From IMG/VR virus record IMGVR_UViG_3300026907_000064, positions 1 to 57,918 of that record: 57,918 nucleotides of DNA; one strand, 5' to 3'. Below are positions 1-8,300 of this stretch, one piece after another. This DNA is from a virus (taxonomy: Duplodnaviria; Caudoviricetes). The notes below the pieces were generated by a model that searched no databases, was not told the DNA's origin, and saw only the letters and a program-made list of their open reading frames with translations. The translations under genes and the position numbers were made by a program. Numbering within the stretch: the stretch's first letter is position 1; every line of letters begins with the position of its first letter.

Positions 1-666
1 ATGTGCAGCCACTACACCGCGCTCAAGAAGCAGGAACAGATGGAAAAGTACTTCCGGGCCCGAGCCATCCCGTTGCCGGCCAAGTCGGATATGTGGCCAA
101 AGTACCAGGGCTTGTTCGTGCGGCGCCCGCCCGAGCATGATGCGGGCGACGAGGCCGTGCCGGAGCGTGAGGCGGTCATTGGCCGTTGGGGCATGATCGC
201 GCCTGGCACGCCGCTGGGAAAATTGGCGCAGGCGGAGAAGATCTACACGTTCAACGCGAAAAGCGAGACCGCACACACGCTGTGGACATTCCGTCAGGCT
301 TGGGCCAAGGGCCAGCGATGCATCATTCCAGCAGAGGCCATCTTCGAACCCGACTGGAGATCCGGCGCCGCGGTGGCTACCCGCTTCACCCGCGCCGACG
401 GCGCGCCGCTTGGCATCGCCGGCCTCTGGGATCGCTACCGGGACGCCGCCGGCCAGTGGCAGGAGAGCTACACCATGCTCACCATCAATGCCGACCAGGA
501 TCCACTTTTCCAGCACTACCACCAGGCCGGCAAGGAAAAGCGCATGGTCGTGATCTTGCCAGAGGGCGCCTATCAGGACTGGCTCACCGCGCCGGCGGCC
601 CACACTCGCGATTTCCTGGTGCCCTACCCGGCCGATCGGCTGCTTGTCGAGGCTCTGCCGAAATAG
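1..666 (+). CDS. SOS response-associated peptidase (SRAP, YedK/HMCES family; abasic-site protection)
   Basis: N-terminal MC (catalytic Cys2) plus RWGMI, FNAKSET, RCIIPA..FEP, IAGLWD, MLTINA and RMVVIL motifs. Confidence 0.93.
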   Translation: MCSHYTALKKQEQMEKYFRARAIPLPAKSDMWPKYQGLFVRRPPEHDAGDEAVPEREAVIGRWGMIAPGTPLGKLAQAEKIYTFNAKSETAHTLWTFRQAWAKGQRCIIPAEAIFEPDWRSGAAVATRFTRADGAPLGIAGLWDRYRDAAGQWQESYTMLTINADQDPLFQHYHQAGKEKRMVVILPEGAYQDWLTAPAAHTRDFLVPYPADRLLVEALPK

Positions 667-670
667 CGCC

Positions 671-865
671 CTATCCCACCTTCTGCCGATACAAGTCTTG
701 GGCGGCCGGCAACGACGCGCGCATGCCGTAGATCGTGCCATTGTCGCCGCGGCTGAACCACAGTTCGTACTGCCACATGCCGTCCACGAAGACGCGGCAG
801 ATCGTCCATCCAGCCGGGCCCTGCCAGTAGAAGTCGTCCCGCTGTGTCCACTCTACATCCGCCAT
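671..865 (-). CDS. Hypothetical 64-aa Trp-rich protein, divergent from the LexA box
   Basis: Protein-like ORF that fills the gap between SRAP and the SOS box. Confidence 0.65.
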   Translation of the reverse strand: MADVEWTQRDDFYWQGPAGWTICRVFVDGMWQYELWFSRGDNGTIYGMRASLPAAQDLYRQKVG

Positions 866-920
866 GGTCGGTCCCCTATCGGCCGAAATCAGGGCCGAGT
901 TGCGTTGGTCTAGCGCTGAA

Positions 921-946
921 ATATACTGTGTTTTTGTACAGTATAT
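921..946. promoter_or_regulatory. LexA (SOS) box CTGT-N8-ACAG
   Basis: ATATACTGT-GTTTTTGT-ACAGTATAT, with the core at 926-941 and perfect 9-bp arms. It overlaps a TATATT -10 candidate at 942-947. Confidence 0.88.
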
Positions 947-957
947 TTGCTCCGACC

Positions 958-1272
958 ATGCAGCTCCAGTGCTCCGTCCTGCGCACCCATCACCTGGGTG
1001 AGCGCCGCCGCGACAATGATCCTGGCCAGCCCGTCGTAGGCATCGTCCGGATGTACTCCATGCTCCACAAAGGGCTGAATCGCCATGTCCCGCGCATGAC
1101 CATGGAAGCCCTGGCCAAGTTCGGAGCCACTGTTCCGGGCGCTATCCCTGATCTGCTCGAACCCCAGTTGCTCACGTTTAGTTCTGACCGCGGCATGATG
1201 GTCGTCGGCTTCGAGGAATTAGCCGGGGTGCGCTACTACCAAGGGTGGTGGATGCAATGGACCGTGGCGTGA
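958..1272 (+). CDS. Hypothetical 104-aa prophage protein, probably SOS-regulated
   Basis: ATG lies 12 nt downstream of the LexA palindrome. The C-terminal GFEE...YYQGWW motif resembles proteins I associate with prophage SRAP loci. Confidence 0.75.
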   Translation: MQLQCSVLRTHHLGERRRDNDPGQPVVGIVRMYSMLHKGLNRHVPRMTMEALAKFGATVPGAIPDLLEPQLLTFSSDRGMMVVGFEELAGVRYYQGWWMQWTVA

Positions 1273-1353
1273 CCGCCATAACTGGGACGGCGCGGGATAG
1301 TGCCATTGTTGGAGTGTTGCACGACGTCGACACCCAAACCACAAACCATTGAA

Positions 1354-1370
1354 ATTACACTTGGTGTAAT
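1354..1370. promoter_or_regulatory. HigA-type operator palindrome ATTACAC-TTG-GTGTAAT
   Basis: Perfect 7-bp inverted repeat just upstream of the higB-like promoter, resembling known higBA operators. Confidence 0.6.
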
Positions 1371-1379
1371 AGTGGTATA

Positions 1380-1407
1380 TTGACATCCTCATCGTAACGC
1401 CTAGAAT
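1380..1407 (+). promoter_or_regulatory. Sigma70 promoter for the higB-like operon (leaderless mRNA)
   Basis: TTGACA (1380-1385), 16-nt spacer, TAGAAT (1402-1407). The ATG at 1414 lies at the expected +1 and has no SD. Confidence 0.75.
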
Positions 1408-1413
1408 TGAGCA

Positions 1414-1701
1414 ATGAAAGTTGAGCACGAAGACGGCTTGCTGCAGCGATTAGAGACGGACCCCCACTTCGCAAATGGCGAGGACCCGCACATAGTGCGA
1501 TCTTTTCGCATGCGCCTCGTGATGCTTAGGAGTGCAACCAACGTGCAGTCCCTCGGCGCATTGAGAATGCTGGACCTTCAGGTCGGGGGCCACCGCACCT
1601 ATTCGATCCGCCTCACCGCAAACAAGCGTCTCAGCTTTAGGCAAGAACCGAATCACACAGAAGAGATGGTTAAGGTCCTTTCAATTGACACTGTCCGTTG
1701 A
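1414..1701 (+). CDS. higB: HigB/RelE-family toxin-like protein (divergent, possibly inactive)
   Basis: Size and the YSIRLT.NKRL motif match HigB, and it lies upstream of a HigA HTH gene. It ends IDTVR rather than the usual DYH. Confidence 0.65.
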   Translation: MKVEHEDGLLQRLETDPHFANGEDPHIVRSFRMRLVMLRSATNVQSLGALRMLDLQVGGHRTYSIRLTANKRLSFRQEPNHTEEMVKVLSIDTVR

Positions 1702-1721
1702 GGCCTGACCCGGAGAACGCT

Positions 1722-2834
1722 ATGCAAACAGCAGCAGAGTATTTCCCGCCAGGGGATTTTCTCAAAGAGGAGCTCGAAGCTCGAGGGTGGACACAAGTTG
1801 AGTTGGCCGAAATTATGGGCCGCCCTACCCGCCTGATAAATGAAATCATCGCTGCCAAGAAATCCATCACCCCCGAGACGGCTGTGCAGCTCGGCGAGGC
1901 GTTGGGGTCTGACGCTCGGTTCTGGATGAATCTGGAGAGCCAGTATCAGCTCTCAAAAGTGACGAAGCCCGACAATCTGATTGCACGCCGTGCGCAACTC
2001 TATGCTCGGTTTCCTGTCCGCGATATGGTCAAGCGTGGCTGGGTCCAGCTGAGCGAGAACATCGAAGTACTGGAACAGCAGTTCAAGACTTTTTTCGGTA
2101 TCGATCGCCTCGACCAAGATCCTCACTTCTTGCACGCTGCAAAAAAGACAGATGAGACGAAGGAAGCCAGCATTCAACAATTGGCTTGGTTGTTCCGCGC
2201 GCGAACGATCGCAGCCAATCAGGTGAGCAAGAAGTTTAAGAAAGAGCTTCTCCAAGCGGCGCTACCCAGGGTACATGCGTTGTTATCCGCGCCCGAAGAG
2301 GTCCGTCATGCCCCGGGAATCTTGGCCGATTGTGGTGTCCGACTCGTTTTCGTCGAAGCACTTCCTGGCTCGAAAATTGACGGTGCGTGCTTTTGGCTCA
2401 CACCGACACAGCCGGCGATTGCGATGTCGCTCCGCTTTGATCGAATAGACAACTTCTGGTTTGTGCTTCGACACGAGCTAGAGCATGTGCTGCAGGGTCA
2501 TGGCAAAGATGACGGCTACATCTTGGATGTGGATATGGATGGCGACACTGCAGACCAAGTCATTGCCGAAGAGCGTATGGCGAATGAAGCTGCAGCCGAA
2601 TTTTGCGTGCCTAAGACGGAAATGGACAACTTCGTGGCTCGTGTCGCACCGTACTTTAGCGACGAACGCGTGACGCTGTTTGCCAAGCGCTTGGAAGTTC
2701 ATCCGGGAATCGTAGCAGGCCAATTGCGAAAGCGGCTGAACCGATACGACAGATGGAGCAAGTATCTGGCGAAAGTCAGGCACATTGCGATTCAGAGTGC
2801 TCCAACCGACGGTTGGGGAAATGTTGACTATTAA
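1722..2834 (+). CDS. higA: HigA-family HTH antitoxin fused to an ImmA/IrrE (M78) zinc metallopeptidase
   Basis: PPGDFLKEELEARGWTQVELAEIMGR...ITPETAVQL...FWMNLESQY HigA signature. FWFVLRHELEHVL (HExxH) and EERMANEAAAEF. GGAG RBS before ATG 1722. Confidence 0.9.
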   Translation: MQTAAEYFPPGDFLKEELEARGWTQVELAEIMGRPTRLINEIIAAKKSITPETAVQLGEALGSDARFWMNLESQYQLSKVTKPDNLIARRAQLYARFPVRDMVKRGWVQLSENIEVLEQQFKTFFGIDRLDQDPHFLHAAKKTDETKEASIQQLAWLFRARTIAANQVSKKFKKELLQAALPRVHALLSAPEEVRHAPGILADCGVRLVFVEALPGSKIDGACFWLTPTQPAIAMSLRFDRIDNFWFVLRHELEHVLQGHGKDDGYILDVDMDGDTADQVIAEERMANEAAAEFCVPKTEMDNFVARVAPYFSDERVTLFAKRLEVHPGIVAGQLRKRLNRYDRWSKYLAKVRHIAIQSAPTDGWGNVDY

Positions 2835-2852
2835 TCGGAGGATGATGAACCT

Positions 2853-3338
2853 ATGTCGGCATACTCAAATGCAGTGAAAGACTACATCGAGCGCTATCAG
2901 CGCGAGAAAGGTGATTCCAGCGGTCTCGTTGATACACATGAACTCGCGGCCTGGGCTTACGAGAACGGCCTGCACAAGCCGAACGCCAAGACCATCATTG
3001 ACGCCATTGCGGCTGATATCGCTCAGGTCTTTCGCGAAGAATACAGAACGGATCGTCACGGGAGGCGCTATCGCGCGAAACACGCCACAACAAAAAAGGT
3101 AGGCAACAAGACGCTCTCGCTTTGGGCCGACCTTGACGATCCCAATGCCCCGCATGAGCATTTCCAGCGCTCGTTCGCTCAGCGGCGCCTTCAGATTGTG
3201 GGCGATTGCTTCCAGCTCAAGACTGACGCCGATGTGTACAACGACCAACGCCAGCCCGAAACGCCCGTCCAAATTGTCCTGGACTTTTCCTACGACGTGG
3301 AAGAACTTCAGCTCCGCAACAACAAGCGGGCTGCATAA
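2853..3338 (+). CDS. Hypothetical 161-aa protein, third gene of the HigB/HigA-peptidase operon (candidate toxin/effector)
   Basis: GGAGGA RBS, co-oriented and 18 nt after the peptidase stop, with a globular charged sequence. Confidence 0.8.
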   Translation: MSAYSNAVKDYIERYQREKGDSSGLVDTHELAAWAYENGLHKPNAKTIIDAIAADIAQVFREEYRTDRHGRRYRAKHATTKKVGNKTLSLWADLDDPNAPHEHFQRSFAQRRLQIVGDCFQLKTDADVYNDQRQPETPVQIVLDFSYDVEELQLRNNKRAA

Positions 3339-3508
3339 CGAAAAGGGCCTCAAAGCGCGCCAACGCCTGAGGCCCTGAATAAATGTGAAGCCCAACGGTC
3401 CCCTGGGCAACGCACCTTGACTGCAAAGTACAAATTGCATCGTAGTCGGTCGCCAAGCCGGCTGTCAATGTCAAGGCGGAAGTTGGGACGGCGTTTAGGA
3501 GCATACCT

Positions 3509-3631
3509 ATGCAGCCGAACGACACCGAAGAGGTCATCTATCGGATGACTATCAAGGTCAAGGGACGCGTCATCCGTCGTCCCAACGGCCAACCGTTCCG
3601 GATTGTGTTGCGCAAGAAAAAAGCCAACTAA
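3509..3631 (+). CDS. Small basic 40-aa protein MQPNDTEEVIYRMTIKVKGRVIRRPNGQPFRIVLRKKKAN
   Basis: Not in the ORF track. AGGAG RBS at 3497-3501, and a terminator follows directly. Confidence 0.65.
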   Translation: MQPNDTEEVIYRMTIKVKGRVIRRPNGQPFRIVLRKKKAN

Positions 3632-3643
3632 CAAGCCGGTATC

Positions 3644-3681
3644 AAAAAGCCCCTGGCCTTCGGCCGGGGGCTTCTTGTTTT
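3644..3681. terminator. Intrinsic terminator (bidirectional)
   Basis: AAAAAGCCCCTGGCC-TTCG-GCCGGGGGCTTCTTGTTTT. Confidence 0.8.
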
Positions 3682-3947
3682 CGTGCCTTAGCTTGGCCAC
3701 GCCGCCACAGTAGCCTGGTGCCGCGCCGCGCACACGCCGTACGCGACCAGCACGCTGTCCTGCAGCCAGACCTGCCATTCGTCATAGTTGGCAGGATCCT
3801 GAGGCGGATCAGAAATGTCCGAGCAAGGCGCAGCCAGGGCGCTATCGAGCGGCACGGAGCTTACCGCACACCGCCGCGGTCGATGGCATATGCTACATTT
3901 CCCCCGCCCTCAGGCTCCTTCGCCGGCGACTTTGGGTACTACGCTCC

Positions 3948-3974
3948 AGCCCCCTCACGGGTCGGGGCGTTTTT
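3948..3974 (+). terminator. Probable intrinsic terminator, possibly the 3' end of a small RNA
   Basis: GCCCCC-TCACGGGTC-GGGGCGTTTTT. An extended -10 TGcTACATT lies at 3891-3899. Confidence 0.45.
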
Positions 3975-4135
3975 GCTTCTGGGCCGAAGCAATTGGTATC
4001 GGCTCAGGAGATGCGCCGCAAGCTGCACAAGGGGATGGCGCCGCGCTAGGCTAGGTAGTACCGCCACACTATTGCAAGCCCGCCCCCCAAGCGCAATACT
4101 GACCTTCCCGTGTTCTTCTTTTGGAGGGTATAGCA

Positions 4136-4372
4136 ATGCAACGCGACGACATCCGAAAGTTGGGCGTCAAGGCTGCCCGCGAAGGCTTGACTCTGTGGGA
4201 TTGCCCCTACTATTGCGCCGCGGCCATGCCCGGGCACACAGGTGAACCGATCACGGCATGGCGCGAGAAGGTCGAAGCTTGGGAAGCTGGGTGGTTAGCG
4301 GAAATGAAATGTTTGAGACCCCCGGGAAAGACGAGGTTCGCACCGCTGTCAGTTGAGCGGCGCCCCAACTGA
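4136..4372 (+). CDS. CrpP-related small protein
   Basis: IRKLGVKAAREGLTLWDCPY...WEAGW matches the CrpP-like G..AAR.G....DCPY...W..G pattern. GGAGG RBS. Confidence 0.75.
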   Translation: MQRDDIRKLGVKAAREGLTLWDCPYYCAAAMPGHTGEPITAWREKVEAWEAGWLAEMKCLRPPGKTRFAPLSVERRPN

Positions 4373-4383
4373 ACTATGTGCTA

Positions 4384-4410
4384 ACGCCCCTGCAATGGGG
4401 CGTTTTCATT
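4384..4410. terminator. Terminator between the crpP-like gene and the spanin genes
   Basis: AACGCCCC-TGCAAT-GGGGCGTTTTCATT between convergent genes. Confidence 0.7.
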
Positions 4411-4420
4411 GGCGGCATGG

Positions 4421-4666
4421 CTACGGTCTGGCCCAAGCGTCTACCACTGTCTGATGCCGTGCCGCGCACTCTGCATACTGGAAGGCCAGCGCCACATGCG
4501 CCTGCGCCAGGTCGTCCCAAGAGGGCGAATCAACGCGCGGCACCGGCGGGCACGGCGCGCTGAGGTTGACGGGCAGCGTTGGCCGCGTCGATGGCTTCGT
4601 TGGTTGCGCGCACCCGGCCAGGGTCGCGCACGCAGTCAGCAGGCAAAGGGCGCTGAACGATTTCAC
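4421..4666 (-). CDS. o-spanin (Rz1-like outer-membrane lipoprotein)
   Basis: LAGC lipobox, Pro-rich, Cys pair, overlapping the 3' part of the i-spanin. Confidence 0.82.
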   Translation of the reverse strand: MKSFSALCLLTACATLAGCAQPTKPSTRPTLPVNLSAPCPPVPRVDSPSWDDLAQAHVALAFQYAECAARHQTVVDAWARP

Positions 4667-4922
4667 GGGTATACCTCTCGATGACCTTGGGCTGGGCAGT
4701 GGCGAGCGTGTGCGCGGTGTCGGCCAGGCTCTGCGACAGCCCGGTCAGCCGCTCGGCCTCAGTCTTGAATTCCTCGAGGCCTGCCACGCGGTGGGCTTCC
4801 TGGCACTCGGCCCGACCGGCCGCACGCTGGGCGTGCCCGTACCAGGCGACGGCACCTGCGGCCAGGGCCAGAGCAGCAGCCCCGATCAGGTATGGCGCCG
4901 CGGCGCGCAGCAGCGGGTTCAT
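4530..4922 (-). CDS. i-spanin (Rz-like)
   Basis: N-terminal TM helix (IGAAALALAAGAVAWYG), coiled periplasmic part, directly after the endolysin. Confidence 0.8.
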   Translation of the reverse strand: MNPLLRAAAPYLIGAAALALAAGAVAWYGHAQRAAGRAECQEAHRVAGLEEFKTEAERLTGLSQSLADTAHTLATAQPKVIERYTREIVQRPLPADCVRDPGRVRATNEAIDAANAARQPQRAVPAGAAR

Positions 4923-5329
4923 GCCTGCCCCTTCCATTCGCGCGGAATCTGGAAGTGCGGGCCGTCTTTGAACGACTTCCAGTCGCCGCCCCACTCCACT
5001 GGCACGCCCAGTTCGGCCGCGCACGCCTTCACGACGTCCGCCAGCCGACGGAACTCTTCCCAACGGTCCCAAGGAATCGCTCCGCCCACCAGCGGCGCCA
5101 GGTCGACCGCGCGGCCGTAGCCATCGACCTGTTTCAGGTGCAGGCTGTTCTGCGTCTGGCTGGCCCCCTTGGCGACCAGCTCGCGCTGGCGCTCGGCCGT
5201 ACGCAGGCCTTCCACGACGGTGAAGTCCACGGGCGTGCGCCGAATCGCCAGTTTGACGATTTCGACAAGCTGGGGGTGTACCCCTTCCAGGCGCTGCAGG
5301 CTGCGCGCCGACAGGATGAATTCGGGCAT
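4919..5329 (-). CDS. Endolysin, M15-family L-Ala-D-Glu peptidase
   Basis: EGLRTAERQ, SLHL, GRAVDL and WGGDW..FKDGPHFQ motifs. Confidence 0.92.
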   Translation of the reverse strand: MPEFILSARSLQRLEGVHPQLVEIVKLAIRRTPVDFTVVEGLRTAERQRELVAKGASQTQNSLHLKQVDGYGRAVDLAPLVGGAIPWDRWEEFRRLADVVKACAAELGVPVEWGGDWKSFKDGPHFQIPREWKGQA

Positions 5330-5341
5330 TGCTGCTCCTCA

Positions 5342-5368
5342 AATGAAAAGCGCGCCCGAAGGCGCGCG
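5342..5368 (-). terminator. Terminator-like hairpin between the giant gene and the endolysin
   Basis: Minus strand GCGCGCC-TTCG-GGCGCGC-TTTTCATT. Confidence 0.65.
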
Positions 5369-5393
5369 ACAGGGTGAGTCAGGTGGGTGGGGG

Positions 5394-8300
5394 TTAGCGG
5401 CGCGCGGCGCGGGCGTGCTCGTCGGCCAGCATGGCCAGGCGCCCGCGCGCGCGGTAAAGCAGGTCCAGCTGCGCTCGCTTCTCCTCGGCCGGCAGGCTGG
5501 AACGCTCCAGGGCCTTGATCCTGGTGTTCACCTCACGCAGCTGGCCGTCGGCAGTCTTGAACAGCGAGCGCAGCCGCAGCTGATCATCCCCCGCCAGCGC
5601 GCGCGCCCGCTCCAGGTCGCCCAGCTCGCGCGCCTGCGAGTACGCCGCGTACACCTGATTGATTTCGCGCTGCTCGTCGTAGAACCGCTGGATGTACTTG
5701 CTGCTGCGCGGGTCTGCTTCCTTGACGAAGTCGCCCAGCACGAACCAGTTGTCCATGCGGCCGAGGTCGCGGCGGGGATTCTCCGGCAGTCCCGACAGCG
5801 GCCTGGCCAGGTAGTCCGACGCGTTCAGCGCCTGAGTGCCCAGCCAGCCGAAGTAGCCGCGCACCAGGTGCTCCAGGCGCTGCGGTGACAGGCCCAGGGT
5901 GCGGCCCAGCGCTACAGCGCCGGCAGACGTCGACGCAGTGAAGCGATCGCCAGCAGGCAGGCGTTGCTGGCCAACGCTGTCGATGTCACGCTCCCGGAAC
6001 GAGTCATAGTTGAACGCGGCTTCCATAGCAGGCTTGACGATCTGCGGCACCGGGTTCATAGACAGCTGCTCGCTCAATATCGCGCCCACCGTGCGCCCGA
6101 AGTCGCCCAGGCGGAAGTCGTCACCGCCGAACGCCAGCTCGGTGCCGCGCTCGACGACACTGCCCAGCGCGCCGATTTCGAAGGGCTTGGGAATGTAGAC
6201 CAGCTGATTGGTGCCGGGCAGCTTCGTAATCCAGAACGAATTCCGGGCCCAGTCTGGCAGCTGCTTGTAATCGTCGTCATCCTTCATGCCCAGGTAAAGC
6301 AGCGCCGACGCCATAGCGACAGCGCCCGACACCACCGCGAAGCGTGCGGGATCCGCGGCCGCGCCACGCCCCAGCTTGTACATGCCCTGCAGCCTGGCGT
6401 TGAAGAACGGCACCACCTGGGAAAGCAGGCGCACCGCGGAGAACGTGCCGCCGGCGGTGAAGTCCATGAGGTCGCGCGCGGCGTAGCTCGCCTCCAGATG
6501 GCTGCGGCCGGCATTGCGGGCCTGCTGATAGATGGCGGCGCGGTTGATCGTCTCCGCCCGGTCGCCAGTTTCCTGGTACCAATCGAAAGCCCGGCGCATC
6601 GCCCGGCCCATGCCGGCCGGGGACGTGATCACGTCGTCGGGATGGGCGCCCAGCTCGTCAACCAGCCGTTTCACATTGCGGGCATTGCCGTCGTTGAAGG
6701 ATCCAAACCGGACGGCTCCGCCACCCGCCATCAGGCGCCGCCAGGTGTCGCTCTCCGCCCCGGTCGCTCGCCACCCCTCGACCAGGTTGCGCAACGGGTT
6801 AGTGGACAGGTTGCTGTCGATGGACATGGCCTGGATGGTGTCGCGCAGCAAGTTGCGCACGCGGAAGGTCGGGCTGATCGTCACGCCGACGGTCAGCGCG
6901 TGCTTGAACTTGCGCGCAGCCTTGGTGAACGGGTCATTGGAGCCCACGTAGTGCAGCGACGTCAGCGCATTCATCACCAGGGGATCATCCACCAGGTAGT
7001 GGCGCTCCTGCCCGTCGAACATCGCCCGCACGCTGCCGCGCTCCGCCTGGCGCACGCGCGAGGCGATACCCAACTTTTCCGCCTCTTGCAGCGCGCCCTG
7101 CGCGGCCAGGTTCTTCATGCTGGCCGAAAGGAGGTGCGACCAGTTGGAAACGGTGTTCGCCACCAGGTCGCCCAGCTTGTCGGTGCCACCCTTGAGGCGC
7201 TTGTAGGCATGCTGGCCAACCAGGCCGCCGATCTGGCCCGGCCCCATGGTCCCAGTCGCATCGTCCTCCATGACGCGGTAGAACGGGACATAGAACTCGC
7301 TTTCCCAGAGCGCGCGCGAACTGGGATCGACCAGTCCAGCCTGCTGCGCAACGTCCATTACGGAGCGCTGCAGCTCGTTGAACTGGCGCAGGGCTTCGCG
7401 GTAGACGGTAGAGCGCTCGCGACCGTCGGCCATTCTGCCGTCGGCCAGGCGCATGCCGGCCGCGATATCGTCGGGCGTGAAGAGACGTTCGCGCGAGGCG
7501 GCTTCTGCCTTGGCGCCCGGCCAGCGCGCCGCTTCCGCCCGCGCCGCGGCCTCGTCGGCAAAGCGTTCCGTGACGCCATTCTCGAATCGAACTTGCCATT
7601 CCGCTGCCAGCCGCTGCGCGCGGTTGGCAGCTATCCAGGCCATGAAGTGATCGTGCTCGCCATTCAGGCCGGCCAGGATCTCGGCCAGGCCAGCGCCGCC
7701 GGCCGTGTCCAGCGCGCCATCCTGCAGCCTGACCGCGCCATGCCGAACAAGATACTCCGCAGCACCGTCGGCCCCCTTCGACAGGCGAGCCTGCATGTAA
7801 GCCGTGGCGCTGATCCCCTTGAGCGGTGCGAACTGATCGAAAATGCCCTGCACCAGCTTGGCCTGCCAGCGGTCGGACACCTTCGCCATGCGTTCCTTGA
7901 TGGGTTCCTGTTCGGCCCAGGCTCCGATCTTGCCCAGGAACTTGTTGCGCTGGCGCCGCTCGATGTCCGACAGGGTTTCACCCGGCCGGGCGATCTTGGC
8001 GCCGCGCTTGGGCTCGCGAGCGGCGGCCGGCCCGGCAGGTGGCGCCCCGGCCGTCGAGGCGCCGGCGGCGCGCGATTCCCTGGGGCCAGAAGTAGAAAGC
8101 CCCGCACTTGGCGGGGCTTCGTTGTTGGCGTCGCGGCCTAGTGGGCGCGCGGCTTCTTCAGGAGCTCGCCTGCCAGCTTCATCGACTCGCGCATGTCTTT
8201 CAGCAAGGATTCGGTCTCGGACGGCGTCAGGCGCGTCATGCTTGGCGAGATAACGCCCTTCTGATTCCGTGAGCGCGTCGAAGCCGCGGCCAGTGGCTTC

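Noticed and set aside
844-957. N-terminal extension of the ORF called 844..1272
   Set aside because: It runs through the LexA box and promoter, so ATG 958 is the more plausible start.
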